Positions 26,878 through 40,459 of a stretch of 64,000 nucleotides of DNA are shown here, in pieces. Origin of the DNA: Octopus vulgaris (Eukaryota); assembly GCA_951406725.2 (NCBI GenBank), contig OX597815.1, positions 205,778,001 through 205,842,000 on the forward strand, read 5' to 3'. The stretch's first letter is position 1, and each line of letters begins with the position of its first letter. The translations under genes and the position numbers were made by a program. The notes under the pieces were generated by a model. The model did not search any database. It was not told the origin of the DNA and saw nothing but the letters and a program-made list of their open reading frames with translations.

Positions 26878-27294
26878 TATATTAAACAGAAGAAAAAAAA
26901 AAGAAAGAATATAAACGAGTTGCTCTTCTATGTATATGCTCTTATACTAAAGTACATAGTATAATGAAATTAATGGAATGAGTATAATTAATTTCATTGA
27001 TCCTGGACATTGTTGGTTTTGTTTTATCTGGGGAGGAAAACAAAGCCAACTCCAACAAGAGACAAAAAACTGTTTGTTGCTAGTACCCACAAAACATTTG
27101 TTTCATAACTTTCAAAATAGATACATAGCTTACTAAAGGTGATTTCTCACAATGGCATCAACTATCTGCCAGGTATGACCACCATATAGATATGCAGGAA
27201 TAATTAAGTTTGCTATGAACATGTGGACTTCCCTTTAAGTGGTAAAAATACTGAAATCACAGGCAAGATGACAAGAATAAGGTAAGAGGCAATT

Positions 27295-27385
27295 TGAGCC
27301 TGGTGCAGCCTTCTGGCTTGCCAGTCCTCAGTCAAACTGTCCAACCCATGCCAGCATGGAAAGCGGACATTAAAAGATGATGATG
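27295..27385 (+). mobile_element. Short RTE 3' end
   Basis: tggtgcagcc...ccaacccatgccagcatggaaagcggac...(GAT)n. Confidence 0.75.
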
Positions 27386-27556
27386 ACAGACCCATCCAAC
27401 CCACGTCAGTGTGGAAAAATACACAATTAAAAAAGGAGCCATAAAGGCAGATAGAAAGAAAAAACAGTAAAATTTAGATCATTCATATTTTGCAACGTTT
27501 TGAACTATTTTCTACTGGACCATATCAAGGTCAAAAAGTGGTCTAGTATATTTTAC

Positions 27557-27713
27557 CTTATATCTTGTTTGTTCTTTGTCATAAATCCTTTTACTTTTTG
27601 CTCCATTAGGAGCGAAAAAATGAGCCAACTTTGCCAGGTAAACACCATTTCGAAGACCTTCTTCAAGTTCTGTTGTTGTAGGAAGTTCTTCATCTGTACA
27701 AGCTTCCATCCAC
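27557..27713 (-). CDS. IQGAP: IQGAP coding exon, CH domain; WMEACTDEELPTTTELEEGLRNGVYLAKLAHFFAPNGAKSKRIYDKEQTRYK
   Basis: ORF 27512..27709 carries the IQGAP CH motif ELEEGLRNGVYLAKL. Acceptor ccttag, donor gtaaaa, 157 bp; phase matches both neighbours. Confidence 0.96.
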
Positions 27714-28174
27714 CTAAGGGGAGAAAAAAAATCACCTTGTTTAAGTGCGAGTTAAGCAAATGTATAAAAAATGTTTATTTTTTGACATATCCATGAACCT
27801 TTTTTCCACTCCCTCTAAACATTTAGAAATCTATATCTGAAACCAAATAGGATGTTGCTGCTTCCTTTATAAATATAAAAAAAAAAGTATATAGTTAATA
27901 TTTATGGTTACATTAGAATAAAATGAATCATTAATTTCTAAGTTTGCAGCAGAGATGCTGTTCAATAGTGGTAGAAGCAAATTTACATGATGGACACTAT
28001 TTAAAGAAAAAATACCCCAACTAAACAAACCAGGAATGCTTTTATTTCATACTGTCAAATTTAAATGTTTATTTCCATTTCAAGGAGTTTCTTTTCTAAT
28101 CTTAAATGCAATAGTTATGGTAACATTGCATACATCTCACATGTTGATTCGGATTATTAAAAGTGGTTACCAGT

Positions 28175-28701
<527 letters not shown>

Positions 28702-28898
28702 AATATGGTTATTCAGTTGAACAAAGCTTCTTAATGTAAAAAGGTCTAAGAGTGGGCTTTACTAGGATGTATACACTACAACACAACAATGATGTTACCA
28801 CTTAATAAGAAATTCCCATCCAATGACCCACATATAATAGTGGTTCAGTTGTGATTGCTCTGTTGCTATAAGAACAAACAAGTTGTTGGTCTCTAAAT

Positions 28899-29099
28899 CA
28901 GTGCTTTTCAAACGTTTTGCTGGAGCGGAACTCGAAGGAAACATTCCACTGGCTCGAGGAACCTCTGTGCAATAATTTAATAGTCTTATGCACACATATC
29001 TGCACAGGAGAATTAAAAATTACTGCCGATTTTAGCAGTTTTGTAACTTCTTGCGGAACCCCTAGACTGTACTGGTGGAACCCTGGGTGAAAACCACTG
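28899..29099. mobile_element. hAT (Charlie-like) MITE
   Basis: TIRs cagtgcttttca/tgaaaaccactg with a perfect 8-bp TSD ctctaaat (28891-28898, 29100-29107). Confidence 0.88.
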
Positions 29100-29354
29100 C
29101 TCTAAATGATTAAAAACAAATATATGTTGTTAGCAAAATCATGTAGGATGACCATACAAAAAGTTTCAGTATTACTGAATCCCCTAAGCTTGAAGAAATA
29201 GATTTTAGTAGTTTAAGATCTGTGATGAAGTTCATCCCCCAAAATTTAATAATAATTACTTAAAAGGGTCATATTCTCATTGCAAAACCAAAATCCAACT
29301 TGATTCAAAGTTTTTCTCAGAGATTGTGCAAGTCAGCTTATTGTGAATTCCGAA

Positions 29355-29655
29355 CATCATCATCATTTAGCGTCCGCTCTCCATGCTAGCATGGGTTGGA
29401 CGGTTCAACTGGGGTCTGGGAAGCCAGAAGGCTGCACCAGGCCAGTCTGATCTGGATACCCTTCCTAATGCCAACCACTCCGTGAGTGTAGTGGGTGCTT
29501 TTTACGTGCCACCCGCACAGGTGCCAGACAGGGCTGGCAAACGGCCACGAACAGATGGTGCTATTTACGTGCCACCGGCACAGGGACCAGGCGAGGCTGG
29601 CAATGGCCACGAATGGATGGTGCTTTTACGTGCCACCGGCAAGGGGGCCAGGCGG
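29355..29655 (-). mobile_element. RTE 3' end fragment
   Basis: (CAT)n plus family body. Confidence 0.8.
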
Positions 29656-29824
29656 GAAATAAAGGACGAAGTGTAGCAAACAATATCATTCAAATGAGAC
29701 TCGTGTTACTTAATCATTTGAGCACTGCAGAAAAGCATGAACGTATCTTCAGTCAGGTGATACAAAGTTTAATGCATACATTGAATTCATTCAACAGCTT
29801 GAAATGATTTAATTTCAGATGACT

Positions 29825-29825
<1 letters not shown>

Positions 29826-29912
<87 letters not shown>
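29826..29912. repeat. (GA)n microsatellite
   Basis: Direct reading. Confidence 0.97.
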
Positions 29913-29923
<11 letters not shown>

Positions 29924-30299
29924 GGTGGTTTTGATATCCCTGTGTCACATGTTTATAGAAACAAATATAGATCTGGTTCAATATGTTGCTTTATGTGAAT
30001 ATAAGCATGCTTTATCAAATTACCCAGCATTTAGTAAAATGTATTCTAAATGTATTGCATGTATAAAACATGTAAATAAATATACAAAAAGTAAGCAAAT
30101 ATACAAAAATAAATAAATTGAAAATTCTGCAATGCATTTGTAAAACTGGCCTAAAAAACACAACAGTGATCAATGTAAAAACTCAGTGTTAACACTGAGG
30201 TGCAAATTGACACTGGTAATTAAATAACTAATACCTTAGAACTTTTGGATTAATTATGGGTAAACTAGCTATTAGCAATAGGAGCAGTGTTTGCAACAA

Positions 30300-30969
30300 A
30301 TAATAACTAGTCCATCCAGTGTAAATTGGATTTGTTGTTTAGAATGCCTGAAATTGCAGTAAATGCCCAGAGATACTAGCTCATGTTGATGACATGTACT
30401 AATTAAGTGGCAACTAGATTGGCTGACAAAATGATCATTTGCACTGGTGGATGGTACAAGTGCATCATGTGATTTCACTGTTAGCTGCAGATCTTCAGTA
30501 ATAGCCAGCCTTGCACCAAGTGCCAGAGCAAAAGTCATTGAACTGATGTAGTATGATAATGACCAAACAACTAGTGATGTTGCGAAAAGCCAGTGGGCTA
30601 CAAATAAATTAGCTATTAGTAATAGGAGCAATGTTTGTAACTGTTGCTAACTGCTAATTTATTCATAGCCTTGTCGGCTTTCGCAACATCATTGGCTCTT
30701 TGGCCATTATTATACTATATATTGGTTTGAAGGATTTTCACTCTTGATTTTGGTCCAAGGCCGGCTATTGCTGATGATCCACAACTAATGGTGAAATTCT
30801 GTGATACAGTAATGCAATCCATCAGTGCAGACAACCATATCATTAGCCGATCTAGTTGGTGCTTAATTAGTACAGGTCATCAATACGAGATACTATCTCT
30901 GGATGCTTACAGCAGGTTAAGGTGTTCTAAACAACACATCCAATTTAGGTTGAATGTCCTAATTATTAT
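30300..30969. repeat. Long imperfect inverted repeat (fold-back), arms ~320 bp, loop ~15-20 bp
   Basis: 30300-30625 aligns almost without gaps to the reverse complement of 30640-30969. Confidence 0.92.
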
Positions 30970-31478
30970 CATTAATAAACCAAAATTAATAAAGTGGAAT
31001 CTGAAACCAAAGCAATTTGATAATTTGGAAATTTGGGGAAAGTTTGACACCGATAAGTTGTTTTTGTTTGTTGCTGAATGTTTAAAAAAAATGGTTTGCT
31101 TGGTGTGGAATGATGGATATTGATAGTTCAATATTAATGAGATTGAAGATCCAAGACAAATAGGGATATCAAGAGGTTTTAAGGCCAACATTCTTCTTAA
31201 GCGAAATACCAGGTCATGTTATTTTTGAGGTAAGACCATAACCTGCATATATAAAACAGTCACAGAGACTAATTAATGAAGGTCTTTTAGAAGTACCTCC
31301 AGAAGAGAGTAAATGCATTGTTCCATAAATGGTTGTGTGAAAGGCACACAGAGATTATATAAAAGACTATAAAGTCATTTGTACACATGGAAAAAAATTA
31401 ATTCAGATTATCTTTCTCCAAGTACCAAATCAATATTTCATTCTCTTTCTAGCAGGATTTTGCTTCATCGGATTTAAA

Positions 31479-31625
31479 AGGTTGGCGTTAGGAAGGGCAT
31501 CCAGCTGTAGAAACTCTGCCAGATCAGACTGGAGCCTGGTGCAGCCCCTGGCTTCCCAGACCCTGGTCGAACCGTCCAACCCGTGCTAGTGCGGAAAACG
31601 GACGTTAAACGATGATGATGATGAT
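31479..31625 (+). mobile_element. RTE 3' end fragment
   Basis: Family body plus (GAT)n. Confidence 0.8.
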
Positions 31626-32582
31626 ATGTACGTGTTCTGAAACAAAGAAAGGGCACTCCAAAAAATATACAAATAGGTCATTTATAAGGGACATGCCTTC
31701 TGTAAGGAATTAAAACAGTCAGTGCTAAGTTTCAAAGAGCAATTGAACATGCTGGAAGTGATATTGATAGTGTTATTCAGATATGTTATGTGTTGGTGTT
31801 TAACTATTGAAAATCTGCATATAAAGATACAGAAGTTGTTTAAAAAGTTAGAATTATCAAATGTGATGCTCAATCAAGCTGTTAGAGACTCATGAATTGT
31901 CGTTTTTGGGGAATGTAGACTGGTAAAAGAGTATAACACTAGGTCATTTAGTAGTGAGGATTACGAATGTAAAACCACCACAGCAATTAGAATCTTTTCT
32001 TGGACTGGTCAATTTTTGTGGAGGATAGTGATTATTATTGAGACAGCATACTGCCACTTGCACCACTTTGTAAATATAGTGTCTTCTTTTCACAGTAAGT
32101 TCAACAAAAGAAACTTGAGGAAATATTCATGATACAGCCTTTTTTTATTTTCCTCAAGCTAGGCCTTCCTGTATTATATTTGTTAAGAGCATTAACCACT
32201 GCTAAAACAAGATACACAAATACTGAAAGGAAGCCTTGGCAATCATATGGAGTACTCAAAGAACACAGCACTTTCTGCTTGGCTGAAAAGTTTAGCAGAT
32301 CGTAGGCTGCTAAAATACATTTTCAACAAAAACTGGTTTACCAAAAGTAACATATGCACATATTTTAAGGTCAGTCTAACAAGTGAGAGAATTTGATTAT
32401 GGAATGTCTTATGTAAAGAGACTTCAAATACCACATGATTCTTTATCTGTGGAATTTATTAACTGTTTTGGTTTGGATGAATATTCTTTTACTTGTTTCA
32501 GTCATTTGATTGCCGCCATGCTGGAGCACCGCCTTTAGTTGGGAAAAAAAAAAAAAAAAAAAAAAAAAATCGACCCCAGGAC

Positions 32583-33258
32583 TGTGAGGCCCAGTGTTCA
32601 AAGCTCATGCTTCACCAACTCATCCGATATCTTCCTGGGTCTCCCTCTACCCCGGATTCCTTCCACTATTTGGGAGTGGCACTTCTTCACACAGATCTCC
32701 TCATCCATCCATAGTACATAACCATACCAAAGCAAACGTCTCTCTTGCACACCACATCTGATGCTTCTTATGTCCAACATTTCTCTCAGAGCACTTACAC
32801 ACTGTCTTGAGTGCACACTGACATTACATATCCAGCGATCATGCTAGCTTCATTTCTTTTGAGCCTACGCATGTCTTCAGCAGTCATAGCCCATGTTTCA
32901 CTGCCATGAAGCATGGCAGTTTGCGCACATGCATTGTACAATCTACCTTTCACTCTGAGCGAGAGGCCCTTTGTCACCAGTAGGTGTAGGAGCTTTCTGA
33001 ACTTTGCCCAGGCTATTCTTATTCAAGTGGTAACACTCTCTGAGCCTCCAGACTTGGTCACCTAGGTAGTGGAAGCTATTAACTACTTCTAGTTTCTCCC
33101 CTTGGCATGTGATGGAATCTATTTTCTGAGTATCTGTAGTGTTTATTGCTCCTGTGCATCTGCTGCACACAAAAGCTAGCTTCTCGGTTAATCTTCCTTT
33201 GATGTTGCTGGTTTTTGCAACATTGACTCTAAAGCCCTTCGATTCTAAACCTTGCTTG
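32583..33258 (-). mobile_element. RTE LINE ORF2 internal fragment (frameshifted) embedded in a family A SINE
   Basis: GLESKGFRVNVAKT, LEVVNSFHYLGD, SLRVKGRLYNAC..AMLHGSETW, RCGVQERRLLWYG, GRGRPRK; SINE halves at 32485-32582 and 33285-33447. Confidence 0.85.
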
Positions 33259-35665
33259 CTACATACATATAATTTATATATACAATGGACTTCTTTCAGT
33301 TTCTGTCCATCAAATCCACTCACAAAGCTTTGGTTCACTCAAGGCTATAGTAGAAAACACTCGCCCAAGGTGCTACGCAGTGGGACTAAACCCGGAACCA
33401 TGTGGTTGGGAAGCAAGCTTCTTACCACACAGCCACTCTTGCACCTATGATTAGGTTGATTTTATATTTCATCTCTCTCGGAGAAACTGATGTTAGAAAA
33501 CAGAAATATCAAGTTGGTGCATTTAAAAAAATCTTTAACAATAATTAGTGAAATTCGGTTGCATGATGTACATACATTGTGGCACAGCAGCAACAACACA
33601 AGGAACTGACTGAAATTTGAAGCATGGTAGCCTGGATATAGTGAAGATACATATATAAAGGTGGGGGCGACTAGGCAGAATCATTAGAGAATTGGAGAAA
33701 ATACCTCACTATATATGTTATGATTCTCCACAGCCAAGTCCTGCTGAGGTTAATTTTGCCTTTCCTCATCTCAAGGGTCAATAAAAAGAAAAAAAAGTAC
33801 CAGCCCAGGGTGCTGGGTTAGCAGAACTGTTAGAGTGTTGTATAAGATGTCTTGCAATATCAGTTTTGGTTCTTTGCATTCTGACAGCAACACCTTCAAT
33901 GGGGCAACTGGCATCACTGGTGCCAAGCTATATCAGTCAGAGATAGCATTCTTTGCCCTGGATAATAATGGTGGAATGGAGCAGGGACAGGGGAAACTTG
34001 TTTGAATGGGCAACTGCTACCATTCCTACATCATGTCCAGGCTTGTATGGTCAACCTTGACTCATTGTTCAACACACAACAATAAAACCCAAATTACTTC
34101 ACACAGTGCATGCATGGCCTAAAGAAATTAAAGCATGAATACAGAAGCATATGGATCATGTTTATATCAAGAAATATGGCTTGTTAATGTGATGGACACT
34201 CAAGGTGGACAAAGTAAGAGTTCAAAATGAGGAAGTAGAAAATTAGGTAAGCATTAAGAAATGTGTTTGCTAGAAATAATGTTCAAGAGTATTAGTAGAG
34301 TCAGACAATGCTAGTGGATTTTGTGATACTGACTTGCATATAGCTTGATAAGATCAAATCTAAACCAATAAAAACCTCCATTATTATCTAGAATCAAATG
34401 AAATTGTGGGTTGAAGAGTAGATTCACCAACTAAAGGCTCAATGAATGTCTACTGAGCTTTTGAATTATTGGACTATCCCTTTCTCAAGAAGACAGTCCA
34501 TCTTTCATCATCACCCCAACCCCCAAAAAATTTCTCATGGAAATGCAACTCCAGTTTGATATCAATGCAAATGAAATGATGAACTAGACTTATATCTCAA
34601 ACTGGAATTATGCAGTTCTTGAATAACAGAAGGAATTAAAGGCATTGGGGTGATGTAATGTCATTGCTACATCAATATTGGTGGCATTGCATGCATTCTA
34701 CATGCTAAGATAGGTATCAGTTCAATGCCAGAGCTTAGATTTTTCAGTTGAAAGGCCAGGCTCTAACAGACTTCAACTTTACTTGGATAAATACACTGCA
34801 ACAGGTGAATAAAGATTCAAATTTACTCAGATAAATACAGCACGGCATGACACTAAATAATAGCAAAACATTAATTATATCTTCAAAAAAGATTGATGTA
34901 AATAAATTTCCTTTCCGCAATAAAAAAAAAAAAAAATTCAGAACACTCTACAAAACCCTGCATTACATAATGTTTGAACTAGTGATGGTTTACATATGGT
35001 ACATCTACTAGAAAACCAATATGAACAAAGCCAGGAAAAGACTTAGGTGCATTCATTAGATATTCCTACAAGGTTTTTTCTTTAGGTCAGACAACAAAAG
35101 GAAAAATAAAGTGAAGCAAACACAAGATGGTAATTCAAGTGAGCCGATAGGTTTGATTTTCTGCGTATTGCCAACACTATTATTAACAAGGTGACATTAC
35201 CTAACATTTTCAAAGTAATAAAATCAAAACTATAAAAATTTATCTGAATGATGTATTATTATGGAGACAAAAAGGAAAAACTAACACGACTGATGTGAAT
35301 GCTGAACATAAGAGATAACCTAAAGCTGCCATCTTATCCCCCTTCAGACAAATACAAAGTATATATTTCTGCACAAGCTATTACACAAAAATCAATAAAG
35401 AACTTTCGAGTAGCCTGTGCCAAAAGAAGGGGTTTTAAGTGAATGATAGGAAAAATAAGCATGCATAAAACTCATTAAATATTTATACTGTATCATCTTT
35501 TGCAAAAACACTTGGGGGATTTAAAAAAAAATATCATAATGTAAATAGTAATTATCATTCATTGCCTGGTCATTAGAAATAAGAAAAGCTTCTTCAATGA
35601 TTTAGTTCATTCGTTTAACAAAATTTATCACAGACTTTAGAAATTTAATACAGAAATTTAATATA

Positions 35666-35828
35666 GGCGCAGGAGTGGCTGTGTGGTAAGTAGCTTGCTT
35701 ACCAGCCACATGGTTCCGGGTTCAGTCCCACTGTGTGGCATCTTGGGCAAGTGTCTTCTGCTATAACCCTGGGCCGACCAATGCCTTGTGAGTGGATTTG
35801 GTAGACGGAAACTGAAAGAAGCCTGCCG

Positions 35829-35895
<67 letters not shown>

Positions 35896-36112
35896 GTGTA
35901 TATGTTTGTGTGTCTGTGTTTGTCCCCCTAGCATTGCTTGACAACCGATGCTGGTGTGTTTACGTCCCCGTCACTTAGCGGTTCGGCAAAAGAGACCAAT
36001 AGAATAAGTACTAGGCTTACAAAGAATAAGTCCCGGGGTCGATTTGCTCGACTAAAGGTGGTGCCCCAGCATGGCCGCAGTCAAATGACTGAAACAAGTA
36101 AAAGAGTAGAGT
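35666..36112 (+). mobile_element. tRNA-derived SINE (family A)
   Basis: Family sequence match. Confidence 0.92.
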
Positions 36113-36634
36113 AACTCCCTTGTGTTATAGAAGTTTGTTTAGGAAAACATGGAGTTCCATAATGCAAAATGCATTTTCTGACTTCTAAAAACTTACTTTG
36201 ATTTCAAACCAGAATGATAATGCCTAGTATCAAACATTGTCTTTCATGTTTCTTCTTAGATATTCTCTAAGAATAATTTAAAGGAGTTTGGAATTTTGAG
36301 ATAAGGTGAATCAGAATTAAAACTGTTATTCCTATTGCAATATGGCTTTCACCCTCTAAACTCATACTAATACAGAATGAAGAGGTTAGTACAATAGTTA
36401 CCAAATATCTTTCATTGTATACATAAGGAGACATTATACGTCCTATTGTGTAAGGAAATTTCCAGAGCAGATGAGGAGAGAGTGATACAAGGAGTAAAGA
36501 ACAAAGATGAGGCATGTGTGTGCATGGGAGTACTGTGTAGCAAGCAATTCTGTAGAGGGGAAACATAATTACTGCAGAGGAAGCAGAAAAATAACGTAAC
36601 AAGCCAATGACTGAATCATTACAATATAACCAGA

Positions 36635-37029
36635 CTAGCAGTATCGCCCAGCGTTGCTCGGGTTTGTTTTCTTTTCAACCCTTTAGAATTGGAATTTTTG
36701 AAAAGTAAAAAATTTGCATTATGTAGCTTGTTATTCTCTTTAAGTGAATATTTTTCTGGTTGAAATACACTGAAAATTAGTGACACAGTAGTCAAAAAAA
36801 TCATAAAAAATAGGGATTTTCATAGAAAAAAAGCACCTTTTTGATGTAAATAATTTTTGGTCTTAAAATGGTTTGATTTGAATTTTTTTTTCTACAGAAT
36901 GAAGAGCAAGCCTTCTTCCATCATACTCTCAATTTTGGTCAACTTGTACCGTAGGGTCTCTGAGGGGATAGTGTTAGTTGAAGGCTACCAAACCTGCCAC
37001 ACAGACAACTTCAGCTTTATATATATAGA
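36635..37029 (-). mobile_element. Non-autonomous Helitron
   Basis: Minus strand A|TCTATATATATAAAG ... cccgagcaacgctgggcg hairpin ... CTAG|T. Confidence 0.8.
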
Positions 37030-37587
37030 TTTGGAAGATGGTTATTTAGCCTTGAATATCAATGAATAAAGGAAAAATTGAGCTTTCCAGAATCAACTGT
37101 TTTCCAAATGTTTCTTGGATCCAAAGAGAAAAAGGCCTAGCTACTTCAAGGCAAAAACACTTATCTGCAATTATCTCTCACGAAGGATTCAGTTATAGCA
37201 TTACCAAAATTATTTTCAAGAGACAAAACTTTTTTCTTTTGAACACTGGCATCCTAAGCTAAGTTTAACGATAGCCATCTACATAATTTATAAATTTTAT
37301 TGTAATTGTTCACTCAACTACTGAAACATGGGAGAGATAGAAATAGAGAGGTTTCTTTTAAACTGAGAGTTGTTCATAGGAAGCAAGTCTTCTTCCATGA
37401 AGCAAACATTTGTTTTATCAGATTTCTATTTGATAAAGTGTAGTTCTGTAGCAAGTAGATGTTTGGTAGGATTAGCTAATATTAGCAACTGAATAAAACA
37501 GCAAGTTTAAAGGTTGAGATGAGGAAGGGGGGGAGGTATATAGCAACAGCATAAGAGTGAATATATTTGGTGGCATTTCACTGAATG

Positions 37588-38166
37588 TTAACCCTTTGGC
37601 ATTTAAACTGACCACATCAGGCCTAAATATTCTACTTGTTTTATGTTCAAACTGGCCAGATCTGGTCTCGCACCAATCTATCTATCTATCTGTCTATCTA
37701 TCTATCATCATCATCGTTTAACGTCCGTTTTCCGTGCTAGCATGGGTTGGACGGTTCGACCGGGGTCTGGGAAGCGAGGGGCTGCACCAGGCTCCAGTCT
37801 GATCTGGCAGTGTTTCTACAGCTGGATGCCCTTCCTAACGCCAACCACTCTGCGAGTGTAGTGGGTGCTTTTTACGTGCCACCTGCACAGGTGCCAGGGG
37901 GGTCTAGCATCGGCCACGATCAGTTGGTGCTTTTAACCTGCCACCCGCACGGAAGCCAGCCAAGGCTGCGCTGGCATCGGCCACGTTCGGATGGTGCTTT
38001 TTATGTGCCACCGGCACAGAAGCCAGTCAAAGTGGCGCTGGCTTCTAAATGTATACAACTACATAATCAAAATCTCAAAACCATGAAATAATGCATGATT
38101 AATTCAAAATGATGTGACTAAACAAGCATTAAATTTAACAGAGTAATCCGAATGCTAAAGGGTTAA
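37588..38166. mobile_element. TTAA-flanked MITE family 2 with a nested RTE 3' end (37704-38043, minus strand)
   Basis: ttaaccctttggcattt...aatgctaaagggttaa; the RTE body interrupts it. Confidence 0.8.
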
Positions 38167-38811
38167 TGATTAAGGAAAATTTCGAAGAACTTTGCAACTA
38201 TCAGTAATGTGTGATGAAGATGATACTCTTAGGAATGAGAGAAGTTTGTCAAGAATTAGATTTCAATTGGACATAAACATAATCGATTGTAAAGGATTTG
38301 GGATGGTGTGATTAAAATGATGCAGTTTGAAGCAGTTTTTTTACAGCTGGTCATACAGTTGTAACAGAGAACTTGTTGACCAAGGCTAACACTTGACTTG
38401 TATTGCAGTTAACATCAGCCAAGTCTACCCTTTTACAAAAGGCATATTTATATTTGGGAGGGAGGGGAGTTGATCAAAAATATATCTCACTGACATTCTT
38501 TATAACAGATTGTCAGGTTTGATATTAAGTGCAACAGTTTTTTTTTTACATTATAGTTCTTAATCCTTTTTATAAATTTTCTACTGCTTTCGACCATCTG
38601 TTTCATGAAATAGGTAGCCAGTGGGTCTAAGATGTAACATTAAATAGACAATGTACACAAGATGTACCTAATTCACACTAATTCATCTAAATTCTCCATA
38701 CTGAGATTATCCATGTAAAATTATGGCTTCTAATGTCTCAAGAAGTTCTAATAGAAAATTCCTATGTATAATAACCACAGTCACATGACTGAAACAAGTA
38801 AAAGAGTAATA

Positions 38812-39205
38812 GGATCTTTTCGGTTTGAATGGCAGTTTTTAACATAATTCCCACGTAACTAAACACTTTTAAACTTCGTATACTGGTAGAATGTGTTTAT
38901 AAAACATCTTTTTCTCTTCTCTATAGTTTGTAAGATATTTTCTTCAATTTTGGCAATTTCAACCAATCAATGACATGTATTTGAGGTGAAAACATTCTGT
39001 GCCATATGAATATGTCCCTCATTTAAGAAACAGATTGGGTTTGTTTACATTTGTGAAGAAAAAAGATACCCTTCCCCCCCACCCCTAACTAACCCTAACC
39101 CTGAAACAGATTGAAATACAATAGATCGATACTAGGGTCATAATTATGGGTGACAATTTCATATGACACCGCTAGAAAAAACTGCCGTTCAAACCAAAAT
39201 GATCC
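38812..39205. mobile_element. TIR MITE with 8-bp TSD (Merlin- or MULE-like) containing telomere-like repeats
   Basis: TIRs ggatcttttcggtttgaatggcagttttt / aaaaactgccgttcaaaccaaaatgatcc; TSD gagtaata (38804-38811, 39206-39213). Confidence 0.82.
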
Positions 39206-39505
39206 GAGTAATATATCTCATAAATACTTTTCTAGAACTGTGCAAATATTTTTAAAAACAAATTTCGAAATCTTGAACAGAATTGATTCTGTGACTAACT
39301 TATAGATTAACTACATTGTAAAGTCCCTAAACCATAATAATGCAAATTACGTTTTACTGAAAATTAACACAAACATACAAGAACAGAAGAAATAATTTTT
39401 AATATATGTTGCTGCTACTAGCTATGTTGTATGTTAATTAATGCCAATAATGTGGTTTTATTTTAAAGATTTTAATATAAAATTAGAGAAAAGTTTACAC
39501 ATATA

Positions 39506-39676
39506 GGCGCAGGAGTGGCTGTATGGTAAGTAGCTTGCTAACCAACCACATGGTTCCGGGTTCAGTCCCACTGCGTGGCATCTTGGGCAAGTGTCTTCTG
39601 CTATAGCCCCAAGCCGACCAATGCCTTGTGAGTGGATTTGGTAGACAGCAACTGAAAGAAGCCTGTCGTATATATG

Positions 39677-39711
<35 letters not shown>

Positions 39712-39908
39712 TTGTGTGTCTGTCCCCCTAGCATTGCTTCACAACCGATGCTGGTGTGTTTACGTCCCCGTCACTTAGCGGTTCGGCAAAAGAGACCGAT
39801 AGAATAAGTACTGGGCTTACAAAGAATAAGTCCCGGGGTCGATCTGCTCGACTAAAGGCGGTGCTCCAGCATGGCCGCAGTCAGATGACTGAAACAAGTA
39901 AAAGAGTA
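39506..39908 (+). mobile_element. tRNA-derived SINE (family A)
   Basis: Family sequence match. Confidence 0.92.
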
Positions 39909-40459
39909 TATAAAAAAAGCAAAATGAGAAAAGTCACAGTAATAACATCGCAATTTTGAACATATCGATAAACATCTCAATATCATTATTTAAAAATCAA
40001 TGAAACTACCATTATCCAACCAACCATATTATTATCTGGTACATACATCATGAAAAAGTTGCTTTCAGCATACAATCATTTTTAAATACTTTGACAATGG
40101 ACTAATGTGATAGTCTTTTTGAAACATTTTTACCACCAATCTTTCTGGCATACTATTATGCTTTTGGAGCAAATATTACATTTACTAATGTCAACTATTT
40201 GCTGAACTCAATGTGTTACCTATGTCTGTATTATGTTTACAGGGTCAAAGAATAATGTACCATTCATTCAGTCACCAGCCAAGAATAGTTTTAGATAGGC
40301 AGAATTTAAAATTCTCTTTAAATGAGAAGTTTTTTTTTTTTGTCATTGTTATTTTATTATAATTTAACATAAGGTGGGATTTATATACTAAAGAAAGAAA
40401 AACTATCCAGCTTAAAAATTCCGTTACAATATTTTTAAGTTAACATGCCAGGTTAACAT

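Noticed and set aside
33895-34060. Small hairpin tggca-tcactgg-tgcca, possible LINE 5' ribozyme
   Set aside because: Could not build an HDV-like or hammerhead fold by eye.
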